Source: Fimbriimonadales bacterium (GTDB lineage: Bacteria; Armatimonadota; Fimbriimonadia; Fimbriimonadales; JABRVX01). Taken from it: 26,577 nucleotides of DNA. The stretch is taken from positions 1 to 26,577 of the forward strand of contig BTVI01000041.1 in NCBI GenBank assembly GCA_045862955.1, given 5' to 3'. The number at the start of each line of letters is the position of its first letter. Position 1 is the first letter of the stretch. Positions 11,161 to 18,416 of the stretch are shown here, one piece after another. The notes beneath the pieces are model-generated. The model was not told the DNA's origin and did not search any database. It saw only the letters and a program-made list of their open reading frames with translations. The position numbers and the translations under genes were made by a program.

Positions 11161-13239
11161 CTACCTCGCCACCGCCGAAAGGAATACCCAGCCGATGATC
11201 ACCACGATGCCCAGCAACATCGCAGCCGCATAGCCACGCACGTAGCCCGTCTGCAGGGGCCGGATGGCATGTCCAACCGTCTCGATCAGCTTCGGTATCC
11301 CGTTCACGAACACTTTGTCGATCAGACCTGCGTCGAACCACCTCCACAACACTAGTGCGAACCGGCCGCCCTGGTCTACGAACGTGCGTGTCATCATCGC
11401 GTCGTAGCCCCACTGCGCGAAGGCTTTGGCGCGCCAGCCCTTGATCTCCACTCCCAGCTCCTGGTCCGCCGGTTGCACCCGGTAGGATCGGATGGCCCAA
11501 GCGATGCCGAGTACTGCGCCGAGAACGGACACGCCTGCTAGCAGCCACTCGACCGGTACCGACAACTGCCCCGTATGCGCGATCTCGGCAGCCACCGAGA
11601 AGTCGGTGAACACCTCGAAGTAATGCGGGAACGCCGGAAGTATGAATCCACCACCAGACAGTACGAGGCCCCCGACCACGGATAGCAGAGCCAGTACCGC
11701 TACCGGCGCCCACACGCACAGGTACGGTTCCTTCGGTGTGTGGTGTGGGTCCAGTTCGTGGTGGGCGTGCGCATCGTCGTGATGGTGCACCTCTGGCAGC
11801 TTACGCCAACGCTCATCCTTCTGCACGAAGGTCATCCACATCATGCGTGTCATGTAGCTCGCAGTCAGCACCGCCGTACCGAGACCGATGGCATAGAGAG
11901 CCCAAGCCGCGTTGTCTCCGAACATTCTCCCGGCCCCGAAGACCTTCGCGAGGATTTCGTCTTTCGACCAGAACCCGGCGAGGGGTGGTATACCGGAGAT
12001 GGCGAGCCAGCCGCATACCATGCACGCATAGGTGATCGGCAGGTACTTGCGTAGATTGCCGAACTTGCGCATGTCCTGCTCGTGCGCCATAGCCATGATG
12101 ACCGCTCCCGAGCCGAGGAACAAGAGAGCTTTGAAGAAAGCGTGCGTCACCACGTGAAACATGCCCGTCGCGAATGCACCGACCCCGCAGGCCAGAAACA
12201 TGTACCCGAGCTGACTAACAGTGGAGTATGCCAGCACCTTCTTGATGTCGAACTGCCCGAAAGCCACCGTTGCAGCGAACAACGCAGTGAACGCACCTAT
12301 CACTGCTACCAGCAGCATCGCTTCGGTGGATAGCTCGAACAACACGTGGCATCGGCTTACCATGTACACACCGGCCGTGACCATCGTGGCGGCATGGATC
12401 AGCGCAGACACGGGTGTGGGGCCGGCCATCGCATCCGGCAACCATAGGTACAGCGGACCCTGTGCGGACTTTCCCATTGCGCCGATGAACAGCAGGATCG
12501 GTATCCAGAATACGGGATTGCCCGGACTGAGGTCGCCGAAGAAGCGAGCGAGAACGTCTGGAGCTTCTTGCAGGATGGACCTGCCACCATTCTCGGGTGA
12601 GGCATACAGCGAGACGCTGCCGAACACCACGAACACCAGGAAGATGCCGAGCATGAAGCCCCAGTCCCCCACTCGATTGACGATGAACGCCTTGTTACCG
12701 CACTTCGCATTGAACACGTCGCGGTACCAAAAACCGATGAGCAGGTAGGAGCAGAGGCCCACACCCTCCCAGCCGACGAACATCAACACCAGGTTGTTCG
12801 CCAGCACCAGCACTAACATGAAGGCGATGAACAGGTTGAAGTAGGTAAAGAACCTAGGGTAGTCGTCGTCGTCAGCCATGTAGCCGGTGGCGTAGATGTG
12901 GATTAGCCCGCCGACGCCCGTTACCACTAGGCACATGACCACTGATAGCGGGTCCACCAGCACTTCGAAGGGGACGAGCAATGGGTGGACGTCGATCCAC
13001 GTGAACAGCGTCTGCACCGCGTACTTGGCCTTCTCCGGCAGCAGCAACACCCGTTGCAACAGAATGACGCTGATCACGAACCCGGCGGCAACCGGCAGCA
13101 CCGCCATCGTCCCTAGCACGCGCTTGCCCAGTGCGGTACCGAGCCGCTCCACCAACCACTTGCCCACCAATGCCTGGAACAAGAAGCCGATCAGGGCCAG
13201 ACCAGGAACCCACCAGACGATGGCGAAGGAGTCGTTCAC
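11161..13239 (-). CDS. nuoL: NADH-quinone oxidoreductase subunit L
   Basis: Motifs GWEGVGLCSYLLIGFW, GKSAQGPLYLWLPDAMAGPTPVSALIHAATMVTAG, HAFFKALLFLGSG, GFWSKDEIL and C-terminal LQTGYVRGY. Confidence 0.96.
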   Translation of the reverse strand: MNDSFAIVWWVPGLALIGFLFQALVGKWLVERLGTALGKRVLGTMAVLPVAAGFVISVILLQRVLLLPEKAKYAVQTLFTWIDVHPLLVPFEVLVDPLSVVMCLVVTGVGGLIHIYATGYMADDDDYPRFFTYFNLFIAFMLVLVLANNLVLMFVGWEGVGLCSYLLIGFWYRDVFNAKCGNKAFIVNRVGDWGFMLGIFLVFVVFGSVSLYASPENGGRSILQEAPDVLARFFGDLSPGNPVFWIPILLFIGAMGKSAQGPLYLWLPDAMAGPTPVSALIHAATMVTAGVYMVSRCHVLFELSTEAMLLVAVIGAFTALFAATVAFGQFDIKKVLAYSTVSQLGYMFLACGVGAFATGMFHVVTHAFFKALLFLGSGAVIMAMAHEQDMRKFGNLRKYLPITYACMVCGWLAISGIPPLAGFWSKDEILAKVFGAGRMFGDNAAWALYAIGLGTAVLTASYMTRMMWMTFVQKDERWRKLPEVHHHDDAHAHHELDPHHTPKEPYLCVWAPVAVLALLSVVGGLVLSGGGFILPAFPHYFEVFTDFSVAAEIAHTGQLSVPVEWLLAGVSVLGAVLGIAWAIRSYRVQPADQELGVEIKGWRAKAFAQWGYDAMMTRTFVDQGGRFALVLWRWFDAGLIDKVFVNGIPKLIETVGHAIRPLQTGYVRGYAAAMLLGIVVIIGWVFLSAVAR

Positions 13240-13242
13240 GCG

Positions 13243-13578
13243 CTAGCCCCTCAACACGCTCATGTCGTCCACGTCGATCTTCTTGCGCACGCGATAGATG
13301 GACATGATGATGCCGAGACCGACAGCCACCTCCGCCGCCGCCACTGCCATAACGAATATGACGAACATGTGTCCAGTGAGCACCGTCTCCGCCAAGTTCG
13401 CGTTAGCTGCGGGACTCGGGTGATGCCTCGCGAAGGCGACGAGAGAGAGGTTCACCGCGTTCAGCATCAGCTCGATGCACATAAAGACGACGATGGGGTT
13501 CCGCTTGATGATGACGCCTAGCACGCCGAGCGTGAACAGGAACGCGCTGATTGTCAGGTAACCACTCAGCGGTACCAA
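13243..13578 (-). CDS. nuoK: NADH-quinone oxidoreductase subunit K
   Basis: Motifs [12 protein letters not shown] and [15 protein letters not shown] start preceded by AGAGGAGG. Confidence 0.95.
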   Translation of the reverse strand: MVPLSGYLTISAFLFTLGVLGVIIKRNPIVVFMCIELMLNAVNLSLVAFARHHPSPAANANLAETVLTGHMFVIFVMAVAAAEVAVGLGIIMSIYRVRKKIDVDDMSVLRG

Positions 13579-14091
13579 CTAGAGCCTCCTCTTTGCCAAC
13601 AGGATCGATCCGACGATGCCCACCAGCAACAACACGCTGGTGATCTCGAAAGGAAGTGCCCAACGAGTGAAGAGGCCGCTACCGATGGCCTCTACCGTCG
13701 AGAGCGCCTCGCGCTGGGCGTCTACTACCGTAGTTCCCGTCTGGATGGGAACACGCAGCACCTGGGCCCAAAGAATGCCGAAGAATGCCACACATAACAC
13801 CACGGCAGCGCCGATATGCAGCCCCGCCTTCTCCGCCAGCGCCTCCTCGGCGCTCATCTGCAGCAGCATGATGCAGAAAAGGAACAACACCATGATCGCC
13901 CCGAGGTACACTACCACCTGCGCGATGCCGAGGAACTGACTTCCCAGCGTAAAGTACAGGATTGCGAGAGCGAAGAAGTTCACTACTAACGCGAGCGCGC
14001 TGTAGATGGCGCGCCGCGCAACAAGGACCGCCAGACCCGACACTGCCAGCAGTGCGGCAAGACACACGAAGAGGATGAGCTCGCCCGTCAC
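13579..14091 (-). CDS. nuoJ: NADH-quinone oxidoreductase subunit J, 170 aa
   Basis: Motifs AQVVVYLGAIMVLFLF and LPFEITSVLLLVGIVG. GTG start at 14091 overlaps the nuoH TGA (GTGA). Confidence 0.93.
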   Translation of the reverse strand: MTGELILFVCLAALLAVSGLAVLVARRAIYSALALVVNFFALAILYFTLGSQFLGIAQVVVYLGAIMVLFLFCIMLLQMSAEEALAEKAGLHIGAAVVLCVAFFGILWAQVLRVPIQTGTTVVDAQREALSTVEAIGSGLFTRWALPFEITSVLLLVGIVGSILLAKRRL

Positions 14092-15314
14092 TGTATCGGC
14101 ACCGCCTCGTCGAAGAGCTTGACCTCGCGCGGTGCCTCCGGGGTCTTCGCGAGGAAAGCCTGAATCCAGAGAAACCCGATGGTAACTATCAGCGCAGCCA
14201 GGATGGCGGCGGGCCAGCCGAACACCAACCAGATTGCTACCACCCACAGGTTCACCGCAGCCATCGGCAGCAGCACCTTCCAGCCTAGCGCCATGAGTTG
14301 GTCATAGCGCAATCGTGGCAGGGTCGCCCTCACCCAGACGAAGCACGAAAAGCCGATGAACACCTTGAGCAGGAACCAGATGCCCGCGATCCAACTGCTC
14401 TCGAGGAACTTCAGCACACTACCTAACCAGGCGAACGCCCCTCCGTCCAACAACGAACCGACGTAAGTCAAGTTGACGGGCAACGGCTGCCAACCACCGA
14501 AGAATAACACCGTGTACAGCGCCACGAAGGTCATGATCATTGCGTATTCGCCCATGAAGAACACGGCGAACTTCATCGAGCTGTATTCGGTGTGGAAGCC
14601 TGCTACCAACTCCGACTCGGCTTCTGGCAGATCGAACGGCGCACGGTTGGTCTCCGCGACCATGCACACGAAGAACAGCGCGCCTGCCACAATGCCCCAC
14701 GGTGTTAGGATGTACCAGTTGTGCATCCAGTCTACGACACCCCACAGCGGACCCGCCTGTTCGGCTACCACTCTCGGCAGCTCCAGTGTGCCGCTACTAA
14801 GAATGACCGCTGCCAACGAGAACCCCATTGCCAGCTCATAGCTAATGAGCTGAGCCGACGAGCGAAGGCCCCCGAGCAGCGAATACTTGTTGTTGCTAGC
14901 CCATCCCGCCAGCACCGTGCCGTACACACCGAGCCCCGTGATCGCCAGAATGTACAACACCCCGATGTTCATGTTCGCCACCGGCGTAAGGTCCGGGTTC
15001 GGGCCCCACGGGATCGCGGCGAACACGGTGACGGCGGGAAGCAGAGCGATTCCGGGTGCGATGGTGTAGATGATGCGGTCAACACCGCGCGGGACGACTT
15101 CTTCTTTGAAGAACAGCTTGATGCCATCCGCGATGGTCTGCAACAAGCCGTACGGGCCGACGCGGTTGGGTCCGATGCGGTCCTGCATCCAGCCTAGCAA
15201 GCGGCGCTCCCAGAGGATAACGAAGGGAATGCTGAGCAGCAGAACCGCTAGGGGAATGATGATCCGCACGAGCGCACCCCAAACGGGGTGCGCCAGCAAG
15301 GCCGCTATGTCCAT
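14088..15314 (-). CDS. nuoH: NADH-quinone oxidoreductase subunit H, 408 aa
   Basis: Motifs ERRLLGWMQDRIGPNRVGP, ADGIKLFFKE, AETNRAPFDLPEAESELVAGFHTEYS and RATLPRLRYDQLM. Start at ATG 15314 with GGAGG upstream. Confidence 0.96.
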   Translation of the reverse strand: MDIAALLAHPVWGALVRIIIPLAVLLLSIPFVILWERRLLGWMQDRIGPNRVGPYGLLQTIADGIKLFFKEEVVPRGVDRIIYTIAPGIALLPAVTVFAAIPWGPNPDLTPVANMNIGVLYILAITGLGVYGTVLAGWASNNKYSLLGGLRSSAQLISYELAMGFSLAAVILSSGTLELPRVVAEQAGPLWGVVDWMHNWYILTPWGIVAGALFFVCMVAETNRAPFDLPEAESELVAGFHTEYSSMKFAVFFMGEYAMIMTFVALYTVLFFGGWQPLPVNLTYVGSLLDGGAFAWLGSVLKFLESSWIAGIWFLLKVFIGFSCFVWVRATLPRLRYDQLMALGWKVLLPMAAVNLWVVAIWLVFGWPAAILAALIVTIGFLWIQAFLAKTPEAPREVKLFDEAVPIQ

Positions 15315-15344
15315 CCGTGCCTTGTTCCTCCGTGCACGAACGGC

Positions 15345-15372
15345 ATTGTACCAGCCCGCGAATCTCGCACAA
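15345..15372 (-). promoter_or_regulatory. Putative promoter of the nuoH...N operon
   Basis: On the minus strand: TTGTGC, 16-nt spacer ending TGG, then TACAAT (15350-15345), i.e. an extended -10. Confidence 0.6.
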
Positions 15373-15424
15373 GGACCGTTCGGCGCATCGCGCCACCTCG
15401 CCCTGCGACGAACCCTCCGCGTCG

Positions 15425-15499
15425 CTCTATGCCCCGGCCCGCGTCCGCCGGCCAGCAACTCCCGACGGCCCAACTCGACCCAAAGGACCGCGCCGGGGC
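15425..15499. repeat. Second hairpin repeat family, copy 2
   Basis: Its 26-nt and 16-nt ends are identical to those of 338-411; the middle is divergent. Confidence 0.75.
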
Positions 15500-15713
15500 A
15501 CGCTTCGGAACCTCCGTGTCGGTGCAGTGATCCGCCTTCTCGACACGCCCCTTCCCGGGACCGACGATTGCCGCGTTCTCGCACGGGCCCTTTGCAATTC
15601 CGGCGAAACCGGGAATCCAGTACGAGGATTGCCCTCCCAAAGAGGGCGAAAAGGTCCACCCAGGGATCCCGAACTCCCCCTCGCCACCGCGGGCGGGTGA
15701 GGCGATAGGGTTC

Positions 15714-17105
15714 TTAGCCCGAAGGTTCCAGCACCCAGTCCTTCTCGTTCAGAGCCTCCAGGAGCCCGGCGCTATCCATGTGGTGGCGCACCTCGTCTGT
15801 CGTCAGATGCCGCATCGCCGGCTCGGGAGAATCGGCCAGCGTCCACAGAGTCGCCGCCGCCACCATAGCCGCGCGGCACATCGCCGGTAGCGAAACCTTG
15901 TCGAAGGTGTCCCCTGCGCTGTGGTAGTACCGCCCGGCATCGTTCGGCAACTTCGCCATCAGGCAGACCACGGGAACGCCCGCGAGCATGAACGCCTGAT
16001 GGTCGCTGTGCAGTCCCGGTTCATGCGCGAACTCCTCGCGCATCCCGACCGGCGCCAAACCCCGTGCCAGCCCGCGCAGCATGGCTTCCGGCTCCCGGCG
16101 CATCGGCGTCCAGTACCCGTACGGGTCGCCCGTCATGTCGAAGTTCATCACCGCGACGTGCTGCGCCAGAGCGTCTCGGTGCGCTCGGGCATACTCGTAG
16201 GATCCGCAGATGCCCACCTCTTCAGCGGCCCACAGCGCGAACACGATGCTCCGCCGCGGCCGCTCACCCAGCGCTGCCAGTGTCCGCGCCGCCTCCAGCA
16301 CGATCGCGCAACCGAGGCCATTGTCCACCGCGCCCTGTGCCACGTCCCAGGAGTCCAGATGCGCACCCGCCAGCACCACCTCGTCCGGGACGCGCCCGTC
16401 TAGCCGGGCGAGCACGTTGCGCGCCACGCCGCTGCTCACTCGGTTGGTCATGCGTATCCGTACGTTCGGGCTCAGCCCGTCACGGATCTGGCGGAGCAGC
16501 CTCTCGCCATCTTCCAGCCCGATCCCCAGGCTCGGTATGGGAGCAGGGCTGTCCGCGCATACGCCCGTGCGCGGCAGGGGCCCCGCCGCGGAGGAGTAGA
16601 TCATCAGCCCGGCCGCGCCGAACTCCGCAGCCAGAGCGAGCTTCTCCGAACGGTGCAGCGCGCGCTTGCCCGGGGCCGCACCCTCGTCACACAGAGCCAC
16701 CGCTCCCGGCACACGCTGGCGCAAGCGCTCGAAGTCCTCTCGGTCGCCGTGGCCGACGTCCAGCACCTCGGCTTCTAGGTCGGCGGATGCGGGGGAGTTC
16801 CCGTGGGCGAGTGCAGTCAGACGCCAACCGGAAGGGCCGAGGACTTCCGCCTCCAGCGGGCCGCGCTCCCACACCGCGACCGGGAACTGCTCGAACCACA
16901 CACGGTCGAGTCCCCAGTCGGCGAACAGGGCCTGGCCCCACTCCTCGGCCAGTCGCCCGCTTTCTGTACCGGAGGTGCGACCACCCACGGTGTCGCACAA
17001 TCGCCCGAGCTCGCGATACGCCATTGGGCGCCCAAAACACTCGGCGAGCAAGCGGTCCAGAATCGGAGAGGGGATCACGGGGTCTGTCGGGGTTGCGGTG
17101 TCCAT
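15714..17105 (-). CDS. M28 family metallopeptidase with PA domain (carboxypeptidase Q-like), 463 aa
   Basis: Zinc-ligand motifs GAHLDSWD, GAVDNG, AAEEVG, NFDM, SDHQAF and YYHSAGDTFDK. Confidence 0.9.
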   Translation of the reverse strand: MDTATPTDPVIPSPILDRLLAECFGRPMAYRELGRLCDTVGGRTSGTESGRLAEEWGQALFADWGLDRVWFEQFPVAVWERGPLEAEVLGPSGWRLTALAHGNSPASADLEAEVLDVGHGDREDFERLRQRVPGAVALCDEGAAPGKRALHRSEKLALAAEFGAAGLMIYSSAAGPLPRTGVCADSPAPIPSLGIGLEDGERLLRQIRDGLSPNVRIRMTNRVSSGVARNVLARLDGRVPDEVVLAGAHLDSWDVAQGAVDNGLGCAIVLEAARTLAALGERPRRSIVFALWAAEEVGICGSYEYARAHRDALAQHVAVMNFDMTGDPYGYWTPMRREPEAMLRGLARGLAPVGMREEFAHEPGLHSDHQAFMLAGVPVVCLMAKLPNDAGRYYHSAGDTFDKVSLPAMCRAAMVAAATLWTLADSPEPAMRHLTTDEVRHHMDSAGLLEALNEKDWVLEPSG

Positions 17106-17290
17106 AGCCCCAACTTAGCCACCGGTGCTGCGTGCCCTCCCTAGGCCCCGGGCCATCTTCCTAGTCGCACTTCCGGCGTCCCGCCCGAGGGCCCATCGCC
17201 GGCACCGCGCGAGTACCCGTCCGGCCGGGCGACCCGGAAGACGGCGACACGAACGCCGCTCGGACGGTAGGGGGCAGAGAGAAAAAAAGA

Positions 17291-17365
17291 TGGAGCCCAT
17301 GACGAGAATCGGACTCGTGACCTCTTCTTTACCAAAGAAGTGCTCTACCACTGAGCTACATGGGC
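17291..17365 (-). tRNA. tRNA-Thr(GGT)
   Basis: GCCCATGTAGCTCAGTGGTAGAGCACTTCTTTGGTAAAGAAGAGGTCACGAGTCCGATTCTCGTCATGGGCTCCA folds as a cloverleaf with anticodon GGT and encoded CCA. Confidence 0.95.
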
Positions 17366-17368
17366 TTC

Positions 17369-17454
17369 TGGTGGCGCGACTAGGATTCGAACCTAGGTAG
17401 GGTACTCCCGACAGATTTACAGTCTGTTGCCATTGACCACTCGGCCATCGCGCC
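17369..17454 (-). tRNA. tRNA-Tyr(GTA)
   Basis: GGCGCGATGGCCGAGTGGTCAATGGCAACAGACTGTAAATCTGTC...GGTTCGAATCCTAGTCGCGCCACCA; long variable arm, anticodon GTA. Confidence 0.96.
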
Positions 17455-17471
17455 ATATGAGGACGAGGAAT

Positions 17472-17501
17472 CTAATACCACAGCGGAGGCGGAATCGTCA
17501 A
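17472..17501 (-). promoter_or_regulatory. Putative promoter for the tRNA pair
   Basis: On the minus strand: TTGACG, 18-nt spacer ending TGG, then TATTAG, ~17 nt upstream of tRNA-Tyr. Confidence 0.5.
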
Positions 17502-17558
17502 GAAAACCCTATAGCCAGGGACCGCAGCCCCCTTGCCCAAAAAAGGTGCCCAGCCCAC

Positions 17559-18317
17559 TTACTTCTGCCTCCTCTCGGCATTCCGTTTGCGGGGTGGCTC
17601 GACTGCACGGAGCAGCACGCCGCGCTCGGCCAGATCGGCGGCCAGCCTGTCAGCGCTCCAGTCCTCCCGCAGCGCTTCTAGCACCCTTTCGAGTAGTGCC
17701 GCCGGTACCCGGCCCCCCTCGCTGACGGCTTCGAATCGCGCCGTGCAGGGCACGGTGCCGAGATACACACCGAAGGTGACGGCCTGGGCGATATCCACCA
17801 ACGGGTCCGGTAGCTCCTCGTCCGGTACGGGCCAGTCGCCATGCAGGGCGTGCGTCCGCGGGCGGGAGGACTCCATTAGCTCGCGGATGAGGTTGGCCGC
17901 CGCCGGCCGCTCGGAACCCCAGTGGCGTACCGCGAGTGACACCTCCTCCGGCCAGCGTCCCTCGAACCCTACCAGCCCGCTCAACAGAAAGGGCCGAAAG
18001 CACTCGTCAGGAACGCCCTCCGCCAACCAGAAGCGCAGGAGCTTCAGCCCGCGTCGGCACTGGATGGAGGGCGGAGTGCGCGAGGGGGGAGGTTGCCACT
18101 CCATCTCTCGCTCTATCTCGGCGATCTCTCGGGCGAAGCGGACCAGCAGCTTTCCGTGGCGCGAGGGCCCCGTTTCGGACTGCGCCTGCCGCCATTGCTC
18201 GGACCACCAGGGCGGACGGTGGAATCGCAGCGTGAAATCCAGTAGGCCGGTGACGACGCCTACCAGCTTGTCCAGCGCTTCCGAACGCGCAGCAACCAGA
18301 AACCGCGAAGGGCCCAA
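17559..18317 (-). CDS. Hypothetical protein (~252 aa); start uncertain
   Basis: Long ORF with protein-like composition filling the gap between the repeat cluster and the tRNA promoter. No recognised motif. Confidence 0.5.
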   Translation of the reverse strand: MGPSRFLVAARSEALDKLVGVVTGLLDFTLRFHRPPWWSEQWRQAQSETGPSRHGKLLVRFAREIAEIEREMEWQPPPSRTPPSIQCRRGLKLLRFWLAEGVPDECFRPFLLSGLVGFEGRWPEEVSLAVRHWGSERPAAANLIRELMESSRPRTHALHGDWPVPDEELPDPLVDIAQAVTFGVYLGTVPCTARFEAVSEGGRVPAALLERVLEALREDWSADRLAADLAERGVLLRAVEPPRKRNAERRQK

Positions 18318-18416
18318 GGTGCCTTCCCAGTTCGCCTCGGCGGCCTGTGGAGTCCTGCATGTTACTCCTCACCAGCGCGATAGGGGGCGTTAGTGAGAGC
18401 GTGCAGCCGCCCCGGA

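Noticed and set aside
7161..13578. Mrp antiporter or hydrogenase membrane module instead of complex I
   Set aside because: Bona fide NuoH, NuoJ and NuoK motifs and the H-J-K-L-M-N order identify complex I subunits. No mrpE/F/G or hydrogenase genes are present.
15315..15659. 115-aa N-terminal extension of NuoH (similar extensions on NuoJ, the isomerase, VOC and prepilin ORFs)
   Set aside because: The extensions are low-complexity and Arg/Gly-rich, or overlap neighbouring genes, promoters or repeats. Internal starts have an SD, a stop-start overlap or a -10 box.
17106..17290. Integrative element at the 3' end of tRNA-Thr
   Set aside because: No integrase gene and no duplicated tRNA 3' end (att site) were found in the window.
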